From Deltaproteobacteria bacterium (GTDB lineage Bacteria; Desulfobacterota; Binatia; DP-6), in the NCBI GenBank assembly GCA_005888095.1, contig VBKF01000089.1:37898-101897 (forward strand): a stretch of DNA of 64,000 nucleotides, written 5' to 3'. The notes under the pieces were generated by a model. It did not search any database and had not been told where the DNA came from. It saw only the letters and a program-made list of their open reading frames with translations. Shown here in pieces: positions 39,401 through 47,706 of this stretch. Both the position numbers and the translations under genes were made by a program. Every line of letters starts with the position of its first letter. Position 1 is the first letter of the stretch.

Positions 39401-39946
39401 ATGCAGATCAACGTCACGTTCCGGCACGTCGAGCCGACCCCGGCGCTGCGCGCCTACGCCGAGGAAAAGCTCGAACGGGTGAAGAAGTACCTGCGCCGCC
39501 CCGTCGACGCGCACGTCATCCTGAGCGTCGCCAAGGAGCGGCATGTCGCGGAGATCACCCTCCAGGCCGACCACGTCACGATGTTCGCCAAGGAGGAGAC
39601 CCACGACCTCTACTCGGCGATCGACCTCGCGCTCGACAAGCTCGAGCACCAGGCGCAGAAGCTCAAGGCCAGGCGCCGCGACCACAAGGGGCCCCCGGGA
39701 AACCGGGGCGTCGAGGAGACCGAGGTGCGCACCTCCGTCCTCGCGGCCGAGCCGCCGGGGCCCGGGACCGAGCGGCGCATCATCCGCACGCAGCGCGTGC
39801 CCGCCAAGCCCCTCTCGCTCGAGGAGGCCGTGGAGCAGCTCGAGCTGTCGGGCGACGAGTTCCTGGTCTTCACCAACGCGTCCAACCAGACGCTCGCGGT
39901 CCTCTATCGGAGAAGAGACGGCGGCTATGGCCTGATCGAGCCATGA
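39401..39946 (+). CDS. hpf: Ribosome hibernation promoting factor (long HPF)
   Basis: MQINVTFRHVEPTPALRAYAEEKLERV..., with a C-terminal dimerisation extension. Confidence 0.92.
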   Translation: MQINVTFRHVEPTPALRAYAEEKLERVKKYLRRPVDAHVILSVAKERHVAEITLQADHVTMFAKEETHDLYSAIDLALDKLEHQAQKLKARRRDHKGPPGNRGVEETEVRTSVLAAEPPGPGTERRIIRTQRVPAKPLSLEEAVEQLELSGDEFLVFTNASNQTLAVLYRRRDGGYGLIEP

Positions 39947-40404
39947 AGATCACCGACATCCTCCAGGAGACCTCGGTCGTGGCGGCGCTGGCGGGGCGCA
40001 GCAAGGCCGAGGTGATCGCCGAGCTCGCCGGCGTGCTGGCGAATGAGTATCGCGAGATCGACAGGGAACGCCTGATCCAGGCGCTGGAAGATCGCGAGCG
40101 GCTGAACAGCACCGCCCTCGGCGACGGGGTGGCGATCCCGCATGGCAAGCTGCCCGGGTTGAAACGCGTGCTGGCCGCCTTCGGGCGCAGCCGCCTCGGC
40201 GTCGACTTCCAGTCGCTCGACGGGAAGCCGACGCACCTCTTCTTCCTCCTGGTGGCGCCCGAGGACTCGGCAGGGGCGCACCTGAAGGCGCTCGCCCGCA
40301 TCTCGCGCCTCCTCAAGGACGAGCGGTTTCGCGCCCGGCTCATGGAAGCGGGCGGCGCGCACGATCTCTTCGAGACGATCCGCGAGGAGGACGATCGATA
40401 TTGA
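39943..40404 (+). CDS. ptsN: PTS EIIA-Ntr
   Basis: GDGVAIPHGKL (phospho-His motif); ATGA overlap with the hpf stop. Confidence 0.9.
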   Translation: MKITDILQETSVVAALAGRSKAEVIAELAGVLANEYREIDRERLIQALEDRERLNSTALGDGVAIPHGKLPGLKRVLAAFGRSRLGVDFQSLDGKPTHLFFLLVAPEDSAGAHLKALARISRLLKDERFRARLMEAGGAHDLFETIREEDDRY

Positions 40405-41336
40405 GCGTCACGGTGCGCGAGCTGCTCGAGGCGAGCGCCCCGGGCCTCGGGCTCAAGCTCGCCGCGGGCGGCCGCGGCCTCCAGCGCCCGATCGCGCTTC
40501 CCCGCCTCCAGCAGCCCGGTCTCGCCCTGGCCGGCTTCCTGCCGCAGCTCCATCCCGACCGCATCCAGGTGCTCGGCAACTCCGAGGTGTCCTATCTCGG
40601 CACGCTCGGCCCCGAGCGAGCTCGCCAGGCGGTCGCCACGGTGGCCGCCGCCGGCGTGGCCTGCTTCGTGGTCACCAACGGGACGCCGCCGCCGGCCCCT
40701 CTCGTACAGGCCGCGGAGGCGGCCGACGTGCCGGTGCTCACCACCGCGCTCCGCACCAGCGACTTCATCCGCGCCGCTGCCACGTGGCTCGAGGAGGAGC
40801 TCGCCCCCGAAACCCAGCTCCACGCCGACCTCGTCGAGGTCCACGGCCTCGGCACGCTCATCCTCGGCAAGAGCGGCATCGGCAAGAGCGAGGCCGCCCT
40901 CGAGCTCGTGACGCGCGGCCACCGGCTGGTGGCGGACGACGTCGTCATCGTGCGGCGCATCTCGCCGACGGTGCTGCGCGGGCGCTCGGCCGAGCGGCTC
41001 GCGCACCACCTGGAGATCCGCGGCCTCGGCATCATCGACGTCGAGGCCCTGTTCGGCACGCTCGCCACCCTCGACGAGCGCCAGCTCGACCTCGTGGTCG
41101 AGCTGGTCGAGTGGGCCGACACCGTCGATCGCTTGGGCTTGGTCGAGGACCGTCATCCGCTGCTCGAGGTGGAGCTGCCGCTGGTGCGCATCCCGGTCCG
41201 GCCGGGGCGCAGCATGGCGATGCTCATCGAGACCGCGGCGCGCAACCATCTCCTCCGCCGCCGCGGCCGGCACAGCGCGCTCGAGTTCACGCAGCGGATC
41301 GATCGCGACGCGGCGGGAGGCCACCGGCCGTCGTGA
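40401..41336 (+). CDS. hprK: HPr kinase/phosphorylase
   Basis: P-loop GKSGIGKSEAALEL with VADDVV and LEIRGLGIIDV. Confidence 0.92.
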   Translation: MSVTVRELLEASAPGLGLKLAAGGRGLQRPIALPRLQQPGLALAGFLPQLHPDRIQVLGNSEVSYLGTLGPERARQAVATVAAAGVACFVVTNGTPPPAPLVQAAEAADVPVLTTALRTSDFIRAAATWLEEELAPETQLHADLVEVHGLGTLILGKSGIGKSEAALELVTRGHRLVADDVVIVRRISPTVLRGRSAERLAHHLEIRGLGIIDVEALFGTLATLDERQLDLVVELVEWADTVDRLGLVEDRHPLLEVELPLVRIPVRPGRSMAMLIETAARNHLLRRRGRHSALEFTQRIDRDAAGGHRPS

Positions 41337-42196
41337 GCGGGCGCTTGCGGGTGGTCGTGGTGACGGGGCTTTCGGGCTCTGGCAAGAGCACCGCCATCCG
41401 CGGACTCGAAGACCTCGGCTTCTACTGCATCGACAACCTGCCCGTGGCGCTGATCCCCCGCTTCGTCGAGCTCTGGGAGAGCTCGGGCGAGGACGTGACG
41501 CGCGTCGCGCTCGGCATCGACGTGCGCGAGCGGCGCTTGCTGGCCGAGTTCCCGCGCATGTGCAGCGAGCTCCGGCAGAGCGGCGTGGAGCTCGAGGTCC
41601 TCTACCTCGAGGCGACCGACGACGTCCTCGTGCGCCGCTTCAGCGAGACGCGGCGTCCGCATCCCGCGGCCGAGGGCGGCAGCCTGGCCGACGGCATCCG
41701 TCGCGAGCGCGAGAAGCTGCGGCCCTTGCGGGAGGTCGCCGACCGCGTCCTCGACACGAGCGCGCTCACCGTTCACGAACTCCGCGCCGCGCTCCGCGAG
41801 CTGATCGAGCGCGCCGGGCCCGGCACGATGACCGTGTCGCTCGTGTCCTTCGGCTACAAGTACGGTCTCCCGAGCGACGCCGACCTCGCGATCGACTGCC
41901 GCTTCCTGCCGAATCCCTTCTTCGTCGAGGAGCTCCGTCACCGCACCGGGACCGACCCGGCGGTGGCCGAGTACGTCCTCGCGCGCGACGAGACCGAGGA
42001 GTTCCTGCAGCGGCTCACCGACTTCCTCGATTTCGCCCTGCCGCGCTACCTGCGCGAGGGGAAGAGCTATCTCACCATCGCCCTCGGCTGCACGGGGGGC
42101 CGCCACCGCTCCGTCGTGCTGGTCGAGGAGCTCCGCCGCCGGCTCGCGGCCCGCGGCCACGCCGTGCTGCTCCGGCACCGCGACGCCGAGCGTTGA
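41333..42196 (+). CDS. rapZ: RNase adapter / nucleotide-binding protein RapZ (YhbJ)
   Basis: VVVTGLSGSGKSTAIRGLEDLGFYCIDNLP and C-terminal GCTGGRHRSV. GTGA overlap with the hprK stop. Confidence 0.92.
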   Translation: MSGRLRVVVVTGLSGSGKSTAIRGLEDLGFYCIDNLPVALIPRFVELWESSGEDVTRVALGIDVRERRLLAEFPRMCSELRQSGVELEVLYLEATDDVLVRRFSETRRPHPAAEGGSLADGIRREREKLRPLREVADRVLDTSALTVHELRAALRELIERAGPGTMTVSLVSFGYKYGLPSDADLAIDCRFLPNPFFVEELRHRTGTDPAVAEYVLARDETEEFLQRLTDFLDFALPRYLREGKSYLTIALGCTGGRHRSVVLVEELRRRLAARGHAVLLRHRDAER

Positions 42197-42251
42197 GAGT
42201 CTGTGGCTCCGGCGCCTTGCCGCTCCGGGGGTCGGAGAGTAGATCTTGGTC

Positions 42252-42641
42252 ATGGTCGGCATCATCGTGATCGGACACGGGCGCGTCGCCGTGGAGATGG
42301 TGCAGACGCTCGAGAGCGTCCTCGGACCAATCGAGGGGCTCGAGGCGATCGCGACCTCGTACGAGGACAGGCCGGAGGAGATCCGCGAACGCGTGGCGGC
42401 GGCCGTCCGGCGGGTCGACCGCGGGCAGGGGGTCATCATCCTGACCGATATGCTGGGCGACACACCGACCAACCAGAGCCTCGCCGTCGCACGAGAATGC
42501 GGCGCCGAGGTCGTTGCCGGCGTCAACATGCCGATCCTGATCAAGCTGACCACCGCCCGGGACCAGATGGACGCCCGCACGCTGGCGCGCTTCATCCAGC
42601 GATACGGGCAGGAGCACATCGTCTGGGCCACCGGCCGGTGA
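42252..42641 (+). CDS. PTS EIIA component, mannose/fructose family
   Basis: MVGIIVIGHGRVA (His active site), LTDMLGDTP. An alternative TTG start exists at 42246. Confidence 0.85.
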   Translation: MVGIIVIGHGRVAVEMVQTLESVLGPIEGLEAIATSYEDRPEEIRERVAAAVRRVDRGQGVIILTDMLGDTPTNQSLAVARECGAEVVAGVNMPILIKLTTARDQMDARTLARFIQRYGQEHIVWATGR

Positions 42642-42647
42642 GCCGGC

Positions 42648-42938
42648 ATGAGGGATTCCCCGCAGCAGGAGCAGCGCGCGACCCTGGAGATCCGCAACAA
42701 GCTCGGCCTCCACGCGCGCGCCGCGAAGCTGATCGTGGAGACCGTCACCACGTATGACGCCGACATCAAGATCGCCAAGGACGGCCAGACCGTCGACGGG
42801 AAGAGCATCATGGGCATCATGATGCTCGCCGCCGAGCAGGGGAGCCGGATCGAGGTGACGGCGAGCGGCCGGCAGGCCCGCGAGGCGCTCGCGGCGATCC
42901 GGGAGCTGATCGACGGCCGCTTCAACGAGCCCGAGTAG
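42648..42938 (+). CDS. ptsH: Phosphocarrier protein HPr/NPr
   Basis: IRNKLGLHARAA (His15 region) and KSIMGIMML (Ser46 region). Confidence 0.9.
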   Translation: MRDSPQQEQRATLEIRNKLGLHARAAKLIVETVTTYDADIKIAKDGQTVDGKSIMGIMMLAAEQGSRIEVTASGRQAREALAAIRELIDGRFNEPE

Positions 42939-43013
42939 CCCCGGCGCGCTTGCCCCGCCGGACGGCGTTCGGTTATACCCGCCAGCCCGAGGGACCCGAG
43001 GAGGCAAAGCCGG

Positions 43014-44210
43014 ATGCTCAAGGATTACGTCTTCACATCGGAATCGGTCAACGACGGCCACCCCGACAAGGTCTGCGACCAGATCTCCGACGCCGTGCTC
43101 GACGCGTTGATCGCGCAGGACCCCGACAGCCGGGTGGCGTGCGAGTCGCTGATCAAGACCGGGCTGGTCGTCGTCGCCGGCGAGATCACCAGCCAGGGGA
43201 AGGTGGAGTTCGGCGAGATCGCCAAGCAGGTGATCCGCGACATCGGCTACACGAGCGCCGACACCGGCTTCAACTGCGACAGCTGCACGATCGTCACCGC
43301 CATCGAGAAGCAGTCTCCCGACATCTCGCAGGGGGTGACCGCCGGCGCCGGGCTGTACAACAAGGAGCAGGGCGCCGGCGACCAGGGGATGATGTTCGGC
43401 TATGCCTGCGACGAGACGAAGGAGTACATGCCGTTCGCCATCTACACCGCGCACCGCATCGGCCAGCGCCTGGGCGAGGCGCGGCGCGCGGGACTGCTCC
43501 CCTTCCTCCGGCCGGACGGGAAGTGTCAGGTGTCGGTCGAGTACCGCGACGGCCGGCCCGTGCGCGCCCACACCGTGGTGGTCTCCACGCAGCACACGCC
43601 CGAGGTGACGCACGGCGCGCTCAAGGAGGCCATCATCGAGGAGGTGGTGAAGAAAGTCGTGCCGCCGGAGTTCCTCGACAAGAACACCGTCTACTTCATC
43701 AACCCGACCGGCCGCTTCGAGGTCGGCGGGCCGCAGGGCGACTGCGGCCTCACCGGACGGAAGATCATCGTCGACACCTACGGCGGCTACGGGCGGCACG
43801 GTGGGGGCGCGTTCAGCGGCAAGGACCCGAGCAAGGTCGACCGCAGCGCCGCCTACATGGCCCGTTACATCGCCAAGAACCTGGTCGCGGCGGAGCTCGC
43901 TCGCACCTGCGAGGTGCAGGTGGCGTATGCGATCGGCGTGGCGGATCCGGTCTCGGTGGCGGTCAACACCTTCGGGACGGCCGCCATCCCGGAAGATCAC
44001 ATCGCGCGGATCGTGCGCGAGCACTTCGACCTCAGGCCCGCGGGGATCATCGAGACCCTGCGTCTCAAGCGCCCCATCTACCGGCGGACCGCCTCCTACG
44101 GCCACTTCGGGCGCGTGCCCGACGGCAACTACTTCACGTGGGAACGGACCGACCGCGTCGACGAGCTCCGCGCGGCGGCCAACCTCGGTCGCCGGCCCGA
44201 GGCGCACTGA
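43014..44210 (+). CDS. metK: S-adenosylmethionine synthase
   Basis: [52 protein letters not shown]. Confidence 0.97.
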   Translation: MLKDYVFTSESVNDGHPDKVCDQISDAVLDALIAQDPDSRVACESLIKTGLVVVAGEITSQGKVEFGEIAKQVIRDIGYTSADTGFNCDSCTIVTAIEKQSPDISQGVTAGAGLYNKEQGAGDQGMMFGYACDETKEYMPFAIYTAHRIGQRLGEARRAGLLPFLRPDGKCQVSVEYRDGRPVRAHTVVVSTQHTPEVTHGALKEAIIEEVVKKVVPPEFLDKNTVYFINPTGRFEVGGPQGDCGLTGRKIIVDTYGGYGRHGGGAFSGKDPSKVDRSAAYMARYIAKNLVAAELARTCEVQVAYAIGVADPVSVAVNTFGTAAIPEDHIARIVREHFDLRPAGIIETLRLKRPIYRRTASYGHFGRVPDGNYFTWERTDRVDELRAAANLGRRPEAH

Positions 44211-45484
44211 TGGCGGCCAAGAAGTACGACGTGAAGTCGCTCGCGCTGGCGGAGGAGGGCCGCCGGCGCATCGCCTGGGGCGACGAGCGCATGCCGGTGC
44301 TGCGGCAGGTGCGCGCGGAGTTCGTGCGCGACAAGCCGCTGCGCGGTCTCCGCGTTTCTGCGTGCCTGCACGTCACGACCGAGACCGCCAACCTGATGCG
44401 CACGCTGCGCGACGGCGGCGCCGACGTGGCGCTCTGCGCCTCCAACCCGCTCTCCACGCAGGACGGCGCGGCGGCGGCCCTCGTCCGCCACGAGAAGATC
44501 CCCGTCTACGCGGTGTGCGGCGAGGACCGGAAGCGGTACTACGCTCACCTCCGCGCGGCCCTCGACCGTCGTCCGCAGGTGACGCTCGACGACGGCGCCG
44601 ATCTCGTGACGCTGCTCCACACGGAGTACGCCGCGCAGGCGGCCGAGGTCATGGCCAGCATGGAGGAGACGACGACGGGCGTCATCCGCCTGCGCGCCAT
44701 GGAGCGCGACGCCGCGCTCAAGATCCCGGTGATCGCCGTCAACGACGCCGACACCAAGTACCTCTTCGACAATCGCTACGGCACCGGCCAGTCGACCATC
44801 GACGGCATCATCCGCGCCACGGGCATGCTGATCGCCGGGCACGTCTTCGTGGTGTGCGGCTACGGCTGGTGCGGCCGCGGGGTGGCGTCGCGGGCGCGCG
44901 GCATGGGCGCGGAGGTCGTCGTCACCGAGGTCGATCCCATCCGTGCCCTCGAGGCCGCGATGGACGGCTACCGGGTCATGCCGATCAAGGAGGCCGCCAG
45001 GGTCGGGGACGTCTTCGTCACGCTCACCGGCGACATGCACGTCATCCGCGGCGAGCACTTCCCGCTCATGAAGGACGGCGCCATCCTCGCGAACTCCGGC
45101 CACTTCGACATCGAGATCGACCTCGAGGCGCTGCGCAAGCTCGCCCGGCGCGTCGACCGCGGCGTGCGCCAGCACGTCGACGCCTACGTGCTCGCGAACG
45201 GCCGCCGGCTGTTCGTGCTCGGCAGCGGCCGCCTCGTCAACCTGGCGGCCGCCGAGGGCCACCCGCCCGACGTCATGGACATGAGCTTCGCGACCCAGGC
45301 GCTCGTCACGCGCTGGGCCGTCGAGCGGAGCCGGGACGGCGGCCTGGCCGTCAAGGTCCACAACGTGCCGCGCGAGGTGGAGCTGCGCGTCGCGACCCTC
45401 AAGCTCGAGTCGATGGGTCTCCGCATCGACCGGCTCACCCGCGAGCAGCGCGAGTACCTGACCTCCTGGCACGTCGGGACCTGA
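44210..45484 (+). CDS. ahcY: Adenosylhomocysteinase
   Basis: ATG 44210 overlaps the metK TGA. LRGLRVSACLHVTTETANL, DDGADL, GYGWCGRG (NAD-binding motif). Confidence 0.97.
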   Translation: MAAKKYDVKSLALAEEGRRRIAWGDERMPVLRQVRAEFVRDKPLRGLRVSACLHVTTETANLMRTLRDGGADVALCASNPLSTQDGAAAALVRHEKIPVYAVCGEDRKRYYAHLRAALDRRPQVTLDDGADLVTLLHTEYAAQAAEVMASMEETTTGVIRLRAMERDAALKIPVIAVNDADTKYLFDNRYGTGQSTIDGIIRATGMLIAGHVFVVCGYGWCGRGVASRARGMGAEVVVTEVDPIRALEAAMDGYRVMPIKEAARVGDVFVTLTGDMHVIRGEHFPLMKDGAILANSGHFDIEIDLEALRKLARRVDRGVRQHVDAYVLANGRRLFVLGSGRLVNLAAAEGHPPDVMDMSFATQALVTRWAVERSRDGGLAVKVHNVPREVELRVATLKLESMGLRIDRLTREQREYLTSWHVGT

Positions 45485-45543
45485 GCGCGGGAGCTGCGGG
45501 GTCGCCGCGGCGGCGCCCCGTCCCGCCACGCCCGGCGTCCGGG

Positions 45544-46701
45544 TCACACGAATGTCGCGGCCACCGAGTCGGCGTAGCGGAGGCCGCGAGGCGTGAGCCG
45601 CAGGCGGCCGGCGGCGAGCTCGGCGAGGCCGTCGGCGGCGAGGCCGGCGACGTGCGGGAAGGCCTCCTCGAGCGGGACGCCGAAGCGGCGGCGGAACACG
45701 TCGAGATCCACACCCGCCGTCTGCCGCAGGCCGCAGAAGCAGAACTCGGCGCGCGCCTGGGCCTCGGTGAGCCGCTCGTCGCTCGCGATCGGCGGACGGC
45801 GACCGGCCGCCGCCGACATGTACCGGGCGGGCACGCGCTCGTTCATCCAGCGCCGACCCGGGGCAGGCTCGCGGCTGAAGGAGTGGGCGCCGGCGCCGAC
45901 GCCGAGGTAGTCCGAGCCGTCCCAGTAGGCGAGGTTGTGGCGCGCTTCCCGCCCGGGCTGCGCGAAGCTCGAGATCTCGTAGCGCCGGTAGCCCGCCGCG
46001 CCGAGGACGGCGACGGCCGTCTCGGCCATGGCGGCCTCGTCGTCCTCGGCGACGGGAACCAGGCGGCGTGCGGCGCGCCAGGCATGAAAGGGCGTCCCCT
46101 CCTCGTAGGTGAGGGCGTAGGCGGAGACGTGCGCCGGGTCGAGCGCGATCGCCGCACGCAGGTCCTGCTCCCACTCGGCGAGCGTCTCGCCCGGCACGCC
46201 GAAGATCAGGTCGAGGCTCACGTTCTCGAGCCCCGCCGCGCGGGCCGCCTCGACCGCCGCCAATGTATCCGCGGGCGCGTGGTCGCGGCCGAGCGTCCGC
46301 AGGTGGCCCGCCGCAAACGACTGCGCGCCGAGGGAGAGGCGGTTCACCCCCGCGGCCCGGTAGCCCGAGAGGCGCGCGACATCCACCGTGCCGGGATTCG
46401 CCTCGAGCGTGATCTCGGCGCCGGCCACCAGGCCGAAGCGACGGGCGACGGCCTCGAGCAGGGCGCCGATCGCGGCCGGCGAGAAGAGCGACGGTGTGCC
46501 GCCACCGACGTAGACCGTCTGCGCGGCGCGCCCGGCGAAGTCGCCCGCTGCCGCGTGAGCCTCGAGCTCCGCGAGGAGCGCGGCCGCATAGTCGCGCTCC
46601 GGGACCTCGCGCGCCGCCTGGACGTTGAAGTCGCAGTACGGGCAGACGCGCCGGCAGTACGGCACGTGCACGTAGAGCGCGAAGTGCTCCGCCGTGCTCA
46701 C
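45544..46701 (-). CDS. hemW: Radical SAM heme chaperone HemW (HemN-like, oxygen-independent coproporphyrinogen oxidase family)
   Basis: LYVHVPYCRRVCPYCDFN (CxxxCxxC). The GTG start overlaps the lexA TGA. Confidence 0.9.
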   Translation of the reverse strand: MSTAEHFALYVHVPYCRRVCPYCDFNVQAAREVPERDYAAALLAELEAHAAAGDFAGRAAQTVYVGGGTPSLFSPAAIGALLEAVARRFGLVAGAEITLEANPGTVDVARLSGYRAAGVNRLSLGAQSFAAGHLRTLGRDHAPADTLAAVEAARAAGLENVSLDLIFGVPGETLAEWEQDLRAAIALDPAHVSAYALTYEEGTPFHAWRAARRLVPVAEDDEAAMAETAVAVLGAAGYRRYEISSFAQPGREARHNLAYWDGSDYLGVGAGAHSFSREPAPGRRWMNERVPARYMSAAAGRRPPIASDERLTEAQARAEFCFCGLRQTAGVDLDVFRRRFGVPLEEAFPHVAGLAADGLAELAAGRLRLTPRGLRYADSVAATFV

Positions 46702-47297
46702 CGGTAGCGCCTGAGGACGGCGATGACGACGCCCCGAATCTCGACGTCGCCCGCGGGCGCGACAATGGGCGCCAGACGCGCGTTGGCCGGTACCAGGCGC
46801 ACGCGCCCGCGCTCGCGATGGAGCTTCTTGACGGTGGCGTCGCCGCGCACCAGGGCCACCACCGTCGCTCCATTGGGTGCATCCTGGCGCGACTCGACCA
46901 CGACGAGGTCGTCGTCGAGGATGCCCTCGCCGACCATCGAGTCGCCGCTCACGCGCAGCGCGAAGGTCTCGCCCCGGCCGAGCATCTCCTCGGGGAGCGT
47001 CACCGTCTCCGGCGTCTCGACCGGCTCGATCGGGACGCCGGCCGCCACGCGGCCGAGGAGCGGGACGGTGACCGCCCGGCTCGCCGTGGCGGGGCCGACC
47101 ACCTCGAGCGCGCGGCTCTGGTGCGGCAGCCGCTTGATCAGGCGCTTGCGCTGCAGGTTCCGGAGGTGCTTGTGCACCGTGGCCAGGGAGGCGAGCCGGA
47201 AGTGACGGCCGATCTCCTCGAGCGTCGGCGCATAGCCGTGCTGGTCGATGTACTCGCGCAGGTAGTCGAGCACCTGCTTCTGCCGCTTGGTCATCAT
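46698..47297 (-). CDS. lexA: LexA repressor
   Basis: Start taken at ATG ATG 47297 (MMTKRQKQVLDYLREYIDQHGYAPTLEEI). S24 peptidase motifs GDSMVGEGI and ATVKKL (Ser/Lys dyad); ~199 aa. Confidence 0.93.
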   Translation of the reverse strand: MMTKRQKQVLDYLREYIDQHGYAPTLEEIGRHFRLASLATVHKHLRNLQRKRLIKRLPHQSRALEVVGPATASRAVTVPLLGRVAAGVPIEPVETPETVTLPEEMLGRGETFALRVSGDSMVGEGILDDDLVVVESRQDAPNGATVVALVRGDATVKKLHRERGRVRLVPANARLAPIVAPAGDVEIRGVVIAVLRRYR

Positions 47298-47325
47298 CGT
47301 CCGGCCCACCCCCAAAGGCGTCGCC

Positions 47326-47354
47326 AGGGTAAGCGAAGGAAAGGCGAATGGCAA
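47326..47354 (-). promoter_or_regulatory. Candidate lexA promoter (TTGCCA-N17-TACCCT) whose spacer is a candidate SOS operator
   Basis: The minus strand reads TTGCCA TTCGCCTTTCCTTCGCT TACCCT, ~28 nt before the lexA ATG. The spacer shares 15/18 nt with a motif upstream of imuA. Confidence 0.4.
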
Positions 47355-47432
47355 TGTTCCGCTGCTAGGCATTGCGGCGGCCCGCCCCGGGGCCCATAGC
47401 CGGACGACGCCCCACGGACGAGGAGGTCGATC

Positions 47433-47669
47433 ATGCGGTCACGGTTCCTGCTGGCTGTCACCCTGGCGCTCGCCGCAGTCCCGGCGGCGGGCGCGCGCAT
47501 GCGCATGCCGCTGCGCTGCTGCCTCGAGCTCGAGATCCCCGACGTGCCGCGCGCCCCGATCTGCGCGCAGCTCAAGTCCCGTCGCCCGCGGCTCGCCTGC
47601 CGGCTCCTCGGCGGCCGGCCCGTGGGCCACGGTGACTGCAGCCCTGCGCTCTGCGTGGCCGGACACTGA
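47433..47669 (+). CDS. Small secreted cysteine-rich protein (78 aa)
   Basis: Strong SD GAGGAGG 6 nt before the ATG. Signal peptide MRSRFLLAVTLALAAVPAAGA. Six Cys in the mature part. About 90 percent G/C at third codon positions (hand count). The overlapping ligase-frame translation here is Arg/Ser junk. Confidence 0.55.
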   Translation: MRSRFLLAVTLALAAVPAAGARMRMPLRCCLELEIPDVPRAPICAQLKSRRPRLACRLLGGRPVGHGDCSPALCVAGH

Positions 47670-47706
47670 CTTGACTGCCGGCGCGGCGGCGCCTCTTCTG
47701 GGCCGC

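Noticed and set aside
42939-43013. Possible SAM riboswitch in the 75-nt leader of metK
   Set aside because: I could not recognise any SAM-I, SAM-II or SAM-V conserved core, and the leader is too short for SAM-I. An Infernal scan would be needed to call one.
45485-45543. Imperfect GC hairpin (CGGGGTCGCC..GGCGCCCCG) between the convergent ahcY and hemW genes as a bidirectional terminator
   Set aside because: The stem is imperfect and has no flanking U/A tracts. It is plausible but not supportable by eye.
47343-47360. GAAT-N6-GTTC (CGAATGGCAATGTTCC) upstream of lexA as a Cheo-box-type (GAAC-N4-GTTC) SOS box
   Set aside because: The spacing is wrong (6 rather than 4), there is a mismatch in one half-site, and no second copy exists upstream of imuA or recA. 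The GAAN-N7-GAAN motif shared with imuA is the better candidate.
47287-47706. N-terminal extension of the ligase ORF (692-aa version starting inside lexA)
   Set aside because: The extension is Arg/Ser/Ala junk and overlaps both lexA and the well-formed small secreted ORF in another frame. Ligase homology begins near ATLRELAAVCEQL.
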